From: Octopus sinensis
Lineage: Eukaryota
Length of the DNA: 64,000 nt
Assembly (NCBI RefSeq): GCF_006345805.1
Contig: NC_043026.1
Location: forward strand, 4,526,001 to 4,590,000
Reading direction: 5' to 3'
The position numbers were made by a program, and so were the translations under genes. The notes under the pieces were generated by a model, which did no database searches, was not told the DNA's origin, and worked only from the letters and a program-made list of their open reading frames with translations. Positions 37,306-50,900 of the stretch are shown in pieces (the stretch's first letter is position 1; the number at the start of each line of letters is the position of its first letter).

Positions 37306-40300
37306 TCTATATATATAAAGCTGTAGTTGTGTGAGTGTCTGTCCCCATCGATTAGATTCCTAACTACTCCCACATTTTGCGGTGCAGTTTAACCAAAACC
37401 GGGTATCTTATAGTCGTGATTCAAACAATTTGCACAACCGAATGTTTTAGTTGTTGCACAAATCTTTATATATAAAAGTAAGGTTGTGTGTCTGTCTCCT
37501 ACGATTTAGATTCCTAACTACTCCCACATTTTGCGGTGCAGTTTAACCAAAACCGGGTATCTTATAGTCGTGTGATTCAAACAATTTGCACAACCGAATG
37601 TTTTAGTTGTTGCACAAATCTTTATATATAAAAGTAAGGTTGTGTGTCTGGCTCCTACGATTTAGATTCCTAACTACTCCCACATTTTGCGGTGCAGTTT
37701 AACCAAAACCGGGTATCTTATAGTCGTGATTCAAACAATTTGCACAACCGAATGTTTTAGTTGTTGCACAAATCTTTATATAAAAAAGTAAGGTTGTGTG
37801 TCTGGCTCCTACGATTTAGATTCCTAACTACTCCCACATGCGGTTGCGGTGCAGTTTAACCAAAACCGGGTATCTTGTAGTCGTGATTCAAACATTTGCA
37901 CAACCGAATGTTTTAGTTGTTGCACAAATCTTTATATATAAAAGTAAGGTTGTGTGTCTGGCTCCTATGATTTAGATTCCTAACTACTCCCACATTTTGC
38001 GGTGCAGTTTAACCAAAACCGGGTATCTTATAGTCGTGATTCAAACAATTTGCACAACCGAATGTTTTAGTTGTTGCACAAATCTTTATATATAAAAGTA
38101 AGGTTGTGTGTCTGTCTCCTACGATTTAGATTGCTAACTACTCCCACTTTTGCGGTGCAGTTTAACCAAAACCGGGTATCTTATAGTCGTGATTCAAACA
38201 ATTTGCACAACCGAATGTTTTAGTTGTTGCACAAATCTTTATATAAAAGTAAGGTTGTGTGTCTGGCTCCTACGATTTAGATTCCTAACTACTCCCACAT
38301 TTTGTGGTGCAGTTTAACCAAAACCGGGTATCTTATAGTCGTGATTCAAACAATTTGCACAACCGAATGTTTTAGTTGTTGCACAAATCTTTATATATAA
38401 AGTAAGGTTGTGTGTCTGTCTCCTACGATTTAGATTCCTAACTACTCCCACAATTTTGCGGTGCAGTTTAACCAAACCGGGTATCTTATAGTCGTGATTC
38501 AAACAATTTGCACAACCGAATGTTTTAGTTGTTGCACAAATCTTTATATATAAAAGTAAGGTTGTGTGTCTGTCTCCTACGATTTAGATTCCTAACTACT
38601 CCCACATTTTGCGGTGCAGTTTAACCAAACCGGGTATCTTATAGTCGTGATTCAAACAATTTGCACAACCGAATGTTTTAGTTGTTGCACAAATCTTTAT
38701 ATATAAAAGTAAGGTTGTGTGTCTGGCTCCTACGATTTAGATTCCTAACTACTCCACATTTTGCGGTGCAGTTTAACCAAAACCGGGTATCTTATAGTCG
38801 TGATTCAAAACAATTTGCACAACCGAAGTTTTAGTTGTTGCACAAATCTTTATATATAAAAGTAAGGTTGTGTGTCTGGCTCCTACGATTTAGATTCCTA
38901 ACTACTCCACATTTTGTGGTGCAGTTTAACCAAAACCGGGTATCTTATAGTCGTGATTCAAAACAATTTGCACAACCGAATGTTTTAGTGTTGCACAAAT
39001 CTTTATATATAAAGTAAGGTTGTGTGTCTGTCTCCTACGATTTAGATTCCTAACTACTCCCACATTTTGCGGTGCAGTTTAACCAAAACCGGGTATCTTA
39101 TAGTCGTGATTCAAACAATTTGCACAACCGAATGTTTTAGTTGTTGCACAAATCTTTATATATAAAGTAAGGTTGTGTGTCTGTCTCCTACGATTTAGAT
39201 TCCTAACTACTCCCACATTTTGCGGTGCAGTTTAACCAAAACCGGGTATCTTATAGTCGTGATTCAAACAATTTGCACAACCGAATGTTTTAGTTGTTGC
39301 ACAAATCTTTATATAAAAGTAAGGTTGTGTGTCTGGCTCCTACGATTTAGATTCCTAACTACTCCCACATTTTGTGGTGCAGTTTAACCAAAACCGGGTA
39401 TCTTATAGTCGTGATTCAAACAATTTGCACAACCGAATGTTTTAGTTGTTGCACAAATCTTTATATATAAAAGTAAGGTTGTGTGTCTGTCTCCTACGAT
39501 TTAGATTCCTAACTACTCCCACATTTTGCGGTGCAGTTTAACCAAAACGGGTATCTTATAGTCGTGATTCAAACAATTTGCACAACCGAATGTTTTAGTT
39601 GTTGCACAAATCTTTATATATAAAGTAAGGTTGTGTGTCTGGCTCCTACGATTTAGATTCCTAACTACTCCCACATTTTGTGGTGCAGTTTAACCAAACC
39701 GGGTATTATAGTCGTGATTCAAACAATTTGCACAACCGAATGTTTTAGTTGTTGCACAAATCTTTATATATAAAAGTAAGGTTGTGTGTCTGTCTCCTAC
39801 GATTTAGATTCCTAACTACTCCCACATTTTGCGGTGCAGTTTAACCAAAACCGGGTATCTTATAGTCGTGATTCAAACAATTTGCACAACCGAATGTTTT
39901 AGTTGTTGCACAAATCTTTATATATAAAAGTAAGGTTGTGTGTCTGGCTCCTACGATTTAGATTCCTAACTACTCCCACATTTTGCGGTGCAGTTTAACC
40001 AAAACTGGGTATCTTATAGTCGTGATTCAAACAATTTGCACAACCGAATGTTTTAGTTGTTGCACAAATCTTTATATATAAAAGTAAGGTTGTGTGTCTG
40101 TCTCCTACGATTTAGATTCCTAACTACTCCCACATTTTGCGGTGCAGTTTAACCAAAACCGGGTATCTAAAGTCGTGATTCAAACAATTTGCACAACCGA
40201 ATGTTTTAGTTGTTGCACAAATCTTATATATAAAAGTAAGGTTGTGTGTCTGGCTCCTACGATTTAGATTCCTAACTACTCCCACATTTTGCGGTGCAGT

Positions 40301-40950
40301 TTAACCAAAACCGGGTATCTTATAGTCGTGATTCAAACAATTTGCACAACCGAATGTTTTAGTTGTTGCACAAATCTTTATATATAAAAGTAAGGTTGTG
40401 TGTCTGTCTCCTACGATTTAGATTCCTAACTACTCCCACATTTTGCGGTGCAGTTTAACCAAAACCGGGTATCTTATAGTCGTGATTCAAACAATTTGCA
40501 CAACCGAATGTTTTAGTTGTTGCACAAATCTTTATATATAAAAGTAAGGTTGTGTGTCTGGCTCCTACGATTTAGATTCCTAACTACTCCCACATTTTGC
40601 GGTGCAGTTTAACCAAAACCGGGTATCTTATAGTCGTGATTCAAACAATTTGCACAACGAATGTTTTAGTTGTTGCACAAATCTTTATATATAAAAGTAA
40701 GGTTGTGTGTCTGTCTCCTACGATTTAGATTCCTAACTACTCCCACATTTTGCGGTGCAGTTTAACCAAACCGGGTATCTTATAGTCGTGATTCAAAACA
40801 ATTTGCACAACCGAATGTTTTAGTTGTTGCACAAATCTTTATATATAAAAGTAAGGTGTGTGTGTCTGGCTCCTACGATTTAGATTCCTAACTACTCCCA
40901 CATTTTGCGGTGCAGTTTAACCAAAACCGGGTATCTTATAGTCGTGATTC
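37306..40950. repeat. Tandem satellite, ~154-bp unit, about 24 copies
   Basis: Unit TCTTTATATATAAAAGTAAGGTTGTGTGTCTG(T/G)CTCC..GTCGTGATTC-AAACAATTTGCACAACCGAATG..GCACAAA, with unit starts 154 bp apart (37630, 37784). Confidence 0.97.
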
Positions 40951-41321
40951 ATATCGAGCCCTTCTGGGTATTAGCGCGCGTCTACGATGAGTCTACGATT
41001 TAAAAAAAAAATTACCATCATTTTTTATTCCATTTTAATGCATTTTTCGCTATTATATAAGGGAAGTAACTCTCTAAAAATGTCTACGATGAGTCAACGA
41101 TTAAAAAAAAATTACCATCATTTTTTATTCCATTTTAATGCATTTTTCGCTATTATATAAGGGAAGTAACTCTCTAAAAATGTCTACGATGAGTCAACGA
41201 TTTAAAGAAAAAATTACCATTTTTTATTCCATTTTTAATGCCTTTTTTGCTATAACTCACTAAAAATGCTTATATAGTTATTTCCCTTACAAACCCGAGC
41301 AACGCCGGGCGATACTGCTAG
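37306..41321 (+). mobile_element. Non-autonomous Helitron, copy 2, head-to-tail with copy 1 and expanded by an internal satellite
   Basis: CTAG|TC junction at 37305/37306. Same hairpin and CTAG|T end at 41318-41322. Confidence 0.85.
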
Positions 41322-42469
41322 TATACATATATATGTATGTGTATCCTGAAGAAGGTCTCTATTTTTCATTCCTCCTGGGGTCAATAGAGTAACAGTCATT
41401 ATTTCATAGACCAAGGAGGCGGTGGAGGATCATTCTGATGATGATGGGTCACCAGAATGTCATTAAACACCCCCACCAATATTTCCTAATCCACCTCATT
41501 AAACCCCCAATACTTCATAATAAACTACACCAAGTTATAACTCCTCACCTAACACAAAACAAAACACACTTCACCTGCCAAACCCCTTTTTCATACAAAC
41601 ACATCTTTCTCATTGCTACCCAAACATTGTCCCTTATATTAAAGATAATTAAGATGAACCTACCTTTCATTAATTGGGCTTATTCATTAACCAATCTTTA
41701 TTATCTCAATCAGCAACAAATAATAACGATCCTCTCAACATGCTGTCTATCAGTGTGATTATATGAAAGCCCATCTTTGGATAAGCTTTCCCAATTTAAT
41801 CAATGTTGTGTATGATAATTGTGTGGATTATATTGAAATGTCGAGAGATTTACAGCATTTGTCAGGTTAAGAACAGTTTCATCTCCAGCTTTATTCATAT
41901 CTGTTAATCCAGGTAAATATGAAGGAAACCAAGCCAACCATGACTGTCCCATCATTAGTAATACTTGTACCTGACAAATGTCTATGAAACATAATAAAGT
42001 CTATGTTTTGCTAATTGTTCCATGTTAACATGATTGTTCCATGTTAACATGATTGCTGTGTGTTGGGACATAATATAGCATGTACACCAATTAAAGTTAA
42101 TTTTCTCTACAGCTTAGAGTGTCTCGTTATTGAGTGCTTTTGGAGCAGGGGAATCTCTTTGACAAATTATCGTTAAATAAATCTAAGCCACACATGACTA
42201 TTTCTTTGTGATGTTGAGAGCAAATATCATTTCCAGTGAAAATAATTATTTCTAATATTTAGACTCCATGTAATTAATGAAACTTAATACATCTTAGAAT
42301 AGATTGTAATAAGTTGTTTAAATATTAATTAGACAAGATTAATTCACTGACAGAAATACATAAATGTTTTGTTTGTGTTTTTCAAATGATGAAGCAAACA
42401 TCATCTCCCTGAAACTTCAATATTTTCACAAAGCTAAATGTTTTCCTTATATTTCTTTGCAGATTCACT

Positions 42470-45400
42470 ATGGAAGACCAGACTGAAAATACTTTAAGGA
42501 AACTTATCCCTCAGAAATGGGCTTTGAGTTACTCAACACCAAAAGGGGATGAAGAAGGAGTTGACAATCAAAGGGGTAAATACGAGGAAGATGATGGTTC
42601 AAGGAGGAGTGATGAAGGATATTGTAGTGTTATTTCAGAGAGAGAATCAGCAGTGAAGGCCATATCTGTGGCAAGACTCAACACACATGGAGACAAAGAA
42701 AGCACAAAAGAAACTGAAAAACAAATAGTTGCTAAAATACAGAGGATTCGTCTTCAATATGATCGCTGCATGATGTTTATGGAGCATATAGTTAAGGAGA
42801 GCAAACATTATGAAAGTCTGGGGTTAAGTGCCAATTGTATTTTAGAAAAGGTCAAAGAGAGACTTGGAATTTTGCTGAAATATACTAAAGAACAGAATAT
42901 TTCTATTGAGCAGGACCTCGAATGGTTTCAACAAAGACTCTTTGACATTTATGTCACCAGCAATCCATACAACCACAAGACCATTGAACCAGCAAAAGTA
43001 ACCACAAAATTTCGGCCGCTTCAGCCAGTTGTGACTAGAGAAGCAAATATTGAGGAATCTGGAGAAGAATTTGAAGAAATCCCAATAATATCCAATATTG
43101 TCATCATAGAGGAGGGAGTGATGACATATTCCCACAATTGCAAGATAATAAGTTTAGTAACAAGAGACAGTGACAGAATTGATGTCCATTGTCCATCTTC
43201 TGTGACCAGTTTCACAAGAATCAGTGAAGACATGGTTCTGGCAACCCTCCCCTTCCATGAAATGATTCTTATTATCAGCCCCAAAACCTTAAAGATCAAA
43301 AGGATAAAGTTGGGGTTACATATGGTGAGTTACTTGGAAGATTCTACACTTATAGGTGTAGAAATGTTTGGTAAGACAGTTTACCAATTGATTGGGAGGA
43401 TAATACCATTAACTATCAATTTATTACCAAGAAACCCCTACAGATATTGCTGTAGGGGTCCAGAATATACTTGTAATTACATTCGCCAGCATCAACAGAG
43501 TAATCTGTTACAAACTGGATGGCCAACAGTTATGGGAGGTAGAGACCCATTCTCTGCACCTCCCAAGTAAAATCTCTCTCTACCAAAATTATTTCTATGT
43601 CCTCCAGGGACAAATAATTTATAGGATTTCAGCTAAAGGTGGTGTAACAAGGGGACATTGGCAGGAAATGCCACTCTATTTCTGTTGGTAAAGATACCAT
43701 TTTGGTAACAGATTATTGCGGCAAACCACATGGTATTCAAATGAATAAAGACTTTTGCCCAAACTGTCATACACACCACCAGCTACATACCCCCAGTTTA
43801 AAAGACTATATTGATATTGAGGATTGCTACAACATTACAATATTCTACCTATGTCTACATCTTCTATATTAATAATTTACAAAACAAGAAAGCTAAATTA
43901 TTCACTGATAACGGGGAAATAATTAACCAAAATAATTCAGTTTTCCTTGAGCTTCCTTCTTTCTGTTGTAGAATAAACGCAAACAGATCCTGGTATTTTA
44001 TCCTGAAATGAAAGGTTTCAGTATATCACCTGTCCTGAACTAAGAAAAGGCCCTTTAATAAAGGTGCAAACTGGTTACCTGAAAATATGTCATATTGTAT
44101 CAAATAAGTGTCTAGCTGTGACCACCACTGAAAACAAAAGCGGGTCCATATCCTCTTGATCAACGAAGATAAAGTTGACATTGCAGAAAGAATTTCTCTG
44201 GGACATCATAATGTCAGCATTGCTGCAACTCCAATTAATTTTGTAGTCGTAGATGGAAACGAAAATAAAATGGTATTTTATTCCACATGTGGTGAAGAAC
44301 TTTTTCAAAAATACCTTCCATTCTATGGCCACCCTCATCACATCTACTCTGATAATGTTTATTTCTATGTCCTCTTCAGGAGACACTCTATTCTCAGATG
44401 TTACGATCTATATGGACAAATGAAATGGCAGTGGGAACTGCCTTTCCCTGTTCACCCTCACATTGCTGTTTTCCAAGGAACTCTTTATGTCCCGGACACT
44501 CAACTCAACAGGGTTCTTCTTTACAAGTATCAAGACCGGTCGTCTGGCGGTCTTTTACCCATTAAAAATCCTTACATCAGAAATCTAAATCTACGACTCA
44601 AAGAAAAGGAGAATGACCAAAAACTTGTCATTGGCGAAATATGTAATCTGTCCAATGGACAGTTGGTGGTGTCTGACATCAACCATGATTGCTTGTTGTA
44701 CATTTCTGAGGAAGGAGACATTGTGTCCAGATTATCTCTGCCGTCTACAGCCACAGATATATGTCGATGGGATTCTAATCATATAGGGGTCACATTACCC
44801 CTACAGAAACAATTAAGGGTCATCGGAAACCTATCAAAGACAGTGAGAAGTGTATCATTAAGGCAGCCTTATGTACGGTGTGTAAGATGGGTGAATGTGA
44901 AATTGTTTGTTATTGTGATAAACCATCACATTTAGACATTTTAGCCATCAATAATAGTAATCAAGTTGAAGTAATTAAGACAATTAATATCCCTGTGTTT
45001 GTAAAATCATTATCAATAGACAAAACAGAAAAGCTATTAATTGTTACTAGGGGAAAAGCTTTTCAGTACAACACTAGAATAGGTGGTGGTGGTCATCGTC
45101 GTCATCGTCTTCGTGGTGGTAAAACTAGATATGGTTATGTTAGTAGTATTAAGATGGTCCCCAGTGTTTTAATGTCCCAAGTGAAACGTCCCCTCAGTCT
45201 CCAAGGTGGATCTATTGACCAAACGTCTGTTTATCTGATAGACAGAAGCCGTATGTTTGCCATAAACGATCAGAATTTGTTGGTTAATGATCTCGTTACT
45301 AATAATCAACTTAATTATTATATCGACCTGGTGGATGTATTTTCCAGACACATTTCTCTCAGTGAAATGTTGTCTTCCACTTTATATCTACAGGACCTGA

Positions 45401-47951
45401 CAGTTTCTGATAAAGGCAGACATATTCCTCTCCCTAAACATTTGGGAGACGAAAGACCAGCGGGGATTGATCGTTTGGTTCTTACTGAAAATAATCTGAT
45501 TGCAGGATATGACGAGGAGAATGGAAACATTAAGATATTCACATTGGATGGTCACCTATTGGATTCAATCAAAGTGAATGTTTATAGAGATATTAAAATG
45601 TGTCGATGGCAGTCAAACACACTGGTCATTACGAGTGTGGATCGTTATTATGATAAACACCAACTGTTGACATTAAAAGTGGAATTTCCATTGTCGTTGG
45701 TAATTTACCAAACGAGAAATAAATATTATTGTGTGGCTTCTTTATCAAATAATCAACTGGTTTTGAGTGAAAAGGGAGATGGAAGACATTTGCATTTTGT
45801 TGATATTGATGAAATACATTCGAGTGTGAAGGAAATAAAAAAAATAGACATACCTGAACCATTAATAGAGAGAGAAGAAGATGGACATTATTCTGATGAA
45901 ATCCAGGATATTAAAGTTACTGATGAAGATGTCATCATTGTCTTAAACAAGAGATTCATCATTTTCTTCAACAGTGGTGGTCAATATTTACATTCAGTCA
46001 GACACTACATGGTGGATTATTTTGGTGGTGATGACAGGATGACAATTGATGACAGTTTTTTGTACATTTATGGTCAGTGGGAGAAATGTTTTGGTTTATC
46101 TGGATATCGAAACATTTTGTGTTTGACCCAGAATGGGGAATACAAGAGAATATTTTTAAATGAAAGGATTTATAAAGATAGAGTATATTTCTCCAGTATA
46201 GACTGTAAAGGACCAAGGTTTGTTGGAAGCCCCTGGAGGGGAAGGAATGAATTGTATGTTGAAGGGTTGTTTATGGTGAATCAAGACAGCTTCCCGGTTG
46301 CTCGTTTACAAACAGACGAATGTCCTGTTCAAGTAAAAGACTTTGATGTCTCTGAGGAAGGAAAGACAGTTGTGTGTGAAAAAGCCAATAATGGAAATGT
46401 TAAAATATTCGATGAAGACGGCCAGTTGCTACGTCACAGAAATGTTGCAAGTTTAGTTGGTGGTGTGTGTTTTACACAAGAATCACACATAATGGCCACG
46501 GTTCCTAAAAGGAAAGAAATATTTCAACTGAATGGAGAAGATTTGCAGACATCTCAAGTTTGGTCGAGTCTCATCCCTTATGGTGTAATATGGAGAAAAG
46601 TGGCGGGTATTTACTGGTGTGTACATAATGAATTGATTGAATGTCATTGCATAAAGATGATGGGGACCAAGTGAACATTCTGGAATCTGTGTCGTCATTA
46701 AATCTTGATTCTGGTCTTCGTTTCCCTTCCATTACATCTGAAACGAACAAGGAAATTTCAGTAATGAATTAATTAATAAATTGGAATACAGAGGAGGGGA
46801 TGGAGATGGAGGAGGAAGAAGAGAGGTAAATCAGTGAAATAATTGGTAAAGGTAGATTAAAGGTGAGATGTGGTAATTACATAGCGGAGATTAATAATTC
46901 AGGAATTGATGAAATATCAGTGAGGAGACTTCCATATAGGACAGCAATGGTCCCTTTTTCCATTCCTGCATTCGAGGAAACTGTTGATTATGATTATTGG
47001 GACATTAGGGACGTGAACAGTAAACTAATTAAGTTAGATGAGAATGTGAGTGTGTTGATATTTCGAGAAAGTGTCACATTAATCAGAACAACAACAACAG
47101 TGGACATACTTCAACATGAACAACAACAACGAACACCACTGGACATATGTCGGTGGACAGAGGAATGTTTCATTGTCGCCTTTGGGAGAGAAATGAGGGT
47201 CTTCAACAGGGATCTCCGTCGTTTAAAAACCATCAGAACTGAGAAATACTACAACAGGATTTATAAATACAACGACAATCAACTCGTGTGTGGTGGTCAT
47301 TATATTAGAGACATAACTCAAGAAGAGAGACACGAGAAATACCAAAGAAGATGGGAGAACAACAAGGATTACTATTATTGCAAAGACCCCGACATCTTTG
47401 ACCCTTATTATGTGGATGTGGTTGATATCAAAGATGGGAAATGTAAAGATGAAGTGTGTCGTGGGGAGATGGGGAGATTGGGAAGGTTTGAGGGAGATGA
47501 AGGGGTGGATGATGTGGGAGTCACATCTTTTGGTGATGTTGTTGTTTTGAGGTGGGAGATGAAGGAGGATGAGTCTGGATTTTGGGATGTTTTGTGTTTT
47601 GTGGAATCGTTCAGGGAAAAGTCTTTGGTGAGGAGGATAATAATAGAAGAAGGAAGGTTTTATGTTCCGGAATATTATACTGCAAGACCTCGTCTGACCA
47701 TAATTGGTGAATGTGTTTATATAACAGATTTAAGAAACAATATTTACGAAATACCTCGACATATTGAAGAGGAAACATCTGAAGATGATGAAATCCGGGG
47801 ATTAAAAGATAATCCAAAATATTTACTCCTCAGACGGGATGATAATGAAGTCTCTGAAGTTCTTGGTTTGGATGTTTCAGACAATTCTTTGATGGTTTTT
47901 GGAATTATTCCTGGACGTCAACCTTTTGCTTTCTTTTATTTTGACAAATAA
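42470..47951 (+). CDS. NHL-like tandem beta-propeller protein, gene A right copy (~1,830 codons in one exon, frameshifted as assembled)
   Basis: Splice acceptor TTTCTTTGCAG ends at 42462, 8 nt before the ATG. N-terminal coiled-coil-like segment, then NHL-like blades across frames (TPTDIAVGVQNILVIT..KLDGQQLW; [15 protein letters not shown]; IKIFTLDGHLLDSI). Roughly ten or more single-base shifts; those in the shared region are absent from the left copy. Confidence 0.8.
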
Positions 47952-50900
47952 ATATTTCCAGAAATATTAAACTTCAATCTTCTTCTTCTTATTGTTGTTG
48001 TTGTTGTAAATGGCTTCGCCCAGGAATCGAACCTGCATCGCATACATCGCATTCTACACACTTATTGTTGTAACATTCCTCAACACTCTCTCTTTGTGTG
48101 TGTGTATATATTTATATACAGTATATATACATGTTTATTATATATATATACACACATATTTAGGAATGTATGTATAGAAATAAGGCTATAGATATGTATG
48201 TTTGTGTGTGTGTATATACGCATGTATATATATGTGTATATATATATATAATATATACGCATGCATGTATGTATAGGAATGTCTGGTCCGAAAGCAGAGA
48301 CTTTCATAATCATTGATTCTCCATCAAAAGGCAGACGACCACCGCCGCCGTCTCCGCCGTCGTCGTGGTCGTCGTTTCCGCCGTCGTCGTGGTCCGTGGT
48401 CGTGGTCGTCGTCGTCGTGGTCGTCGTCGTGGTCGTCGTGGTCGTCGTCTCCGCCGTCGTCGTCGCCGCCGCCGTCGTCGTCGTGGTCGTCGTGGTCGTC
48501 GTCGTCTCCGCCGTCGTGGTCGTCGTCATCATCATCATCATCATCATCATCGTCGTCATCATCATCATCATCATCGTCGTCATCATCATCATCATCGTCG
48601 TCTTCATCGTCGTCATCATCATCATCATCGTCATCACCATCATCGTCATCATCGCCATCATCATCGTCATCATCATCATCATCGTCGTCATCATCACCAT
48701 CATCATCGTCATCATCATCATCGTCATCACCATCATCGTCATCATCGCCATCATCATCGTCATCATCATCATCATCGTCATCATCATCGTCATCATCGCC
48801 ATCATCATCGTCATCACCATCATCGTCATCATCGCCATCATCATCGTCATCATCATCATCGTCATCACCATCATCGTCATCATCGCCATCATCATCGTCA
48901 TCATCATCATCATCGTCGTCATCATCACCATCATCATCGTCATCATCATCATCGTCATCACCATCATCGTCATCATCGCCATCATCATCGTCATCATCAT
49001 CATCATCGTCGTCATCATCATCGTCATCATCATCATCGTCATCACCATCATCGTCATCATCGCCATCATCATCGTCATCATCATTATCATCATCGTCATC
49101 ATCATCATCATCATCGTCATCACCATCATCGTCATCATCGCCATCATCATCATCATCATCATTATCATCGTCATCATCATCATCATCATCGTCATCACCA
49201 TCATAGTCATCGTCGTCATCATCATCATCGTCGTCATCATCATCATCATCATCGTCATCATCATCATCGTCGTCTTCATCGTCGTCATCATCATCATCGT
49301 CATCACCATCATCGTCATCATCGCCATCATCATCGTCATCATCATCATCGTCGTCATCATCATCGTCATCATCGCCATCATCATCATCACCATCATCGTC
49401 ATCATCGCCATCATCATCGTCATCATCATCATCGTCGTCATCATCACCATCATCATCGTCATCATCATCATCATCGCCATCATCATCGTCATCATCATCA
49501 TCATCGTCATCGTCATCATCATCATCATCGTCATCATCATCATCGTCGTCTTCATCGTCGTCATCATCATCATCGTCATCACCATCATCGTCATCATCAT
49601 CATCATCGTCGTCATCATCACCATCATCATCGTCATCATCATCATCGTCATCATCATCATCGTCATCGCCATCATCATCGTCATCATCACCATCATCATC
49701 ATCATCATCATCATCATCGTCGTCATCATCATCATCGTCGTCATCATCATCATCATCATCGCCATCATCATCGTCATCATCATCATCATCGTCGTCATCA
49801 TCGTTGTGTGTGCGTGTGTGCAGTCTGCATCTGACAGTTTTTAACGTTTAATAAGAATAGATTGTTGTTGTTGTTGCAGTGACATTCCAACTGCACACAC
49901 GCACAAACATTGCCTTTCGTCCTCGTAGGGTTGTTGTTGTTGTTGATGTTGTTGGGGGTTCATAAAAAAAGAGAAGGACACTTTAAGAAGCATTCAGTAA
50001 AAGCTTTCCCATAGCTGGTCATTTTTCACGCTAGAAATAGAAACCACTTTATTTTTCATATAAAATTTGAAGGACAGATAAGAAGCATTCATAAATAAAA
50101 TTGACCTGTATATGGTCTCATTTCATGCTAGAAAGAGCCATCTAAACCTTCACATTTTTGTCTCATCACAAATAAAAATCCAAGGACAATTTCCAAAGCA
50201 TCCATGTCAAATATTGTCCTATAGATGGCCTAACATCATGCTAGAAATAACAGCCAAATACTCTGAAATTTGTATCGTTTTTCATAAAAAAAGTGAAGGA
50301 CACTTTAAGAAGCAACTCCGAAAATATTGTCCTGCGGCGGTTTAAGTGTAAAATATTATAAAAGTATGCATCTATGAGTTTTATGTGTTTAAAAAACATA
50401 GCAAAGACCTGTGTGTATATGTAGGTATATACATGTGTATAAAGGTATTTTTGTATAAAAATGGGTATTTTTGAATGAAATTTGGTAGAAATAACTTTCA
50501 AACGATGCAGATTACGATTAAAAAGAAATTTGTTGGCAAAATGTTTTGTAAGGGTTCGAGGGAAAAAGTGTGTGATTTAAGGGAGATTTGGCTGTTGTTT
50601 CTAGCACACCACCCTCCTTGTCTTCTTTTTTTTCTCATTTTTTCCCTCAGAAACACATTTATGTTACAAAAAAATAAAAAGAATATTTTTAAAATCTCTG
50701 ATTATTTTTAGCCCCACTTTCTGGCCCCCGATTCTTTCTCTTTATATAATTGTAAAATATTGGAGAGCCTGAGAAGATTCTTGCTGGGATTTATCCACAG
50801 GGATTTAAATAAGAGCTTTGTAAAAGAGGATTTCTTTTGAGAGCATCCTTTTCTGTTAGGAAATGAAAGTGGAAGTTTCATTAAAAATATCCATTTTCCT

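Noticed and set aside
37306-40950. CRISPR-like regular array
   Set aside because: The whole 154-bp unit repeats, with no unique spacers and no cas genes, in a eukaryotic context.
41345-41435. CTGAAGA-AGGTCT..AGACC hammerhead-like start
   Set aside because: No GAAA or stem III follows the putative stem II.
42470-47951. Gene A right copy as a pseudogene or a programmed-frameshift gene
   Set aside because: The shifts at ~46648, ~46757 and ~46820-46835 are 1-nt deletions relative to the intact left copy. Similar single-base dropouts pepper the nearby satellite, so long-read consensus error is more likely. Pseudogene status cannot be excluded without reads.
48080-49844. 573-, 527- and 489-aa low-complexity ORFs (poly-His/Arg etc.)
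   Set aside because: Same repeat artefact; the length is not conserved with the mirror copy.
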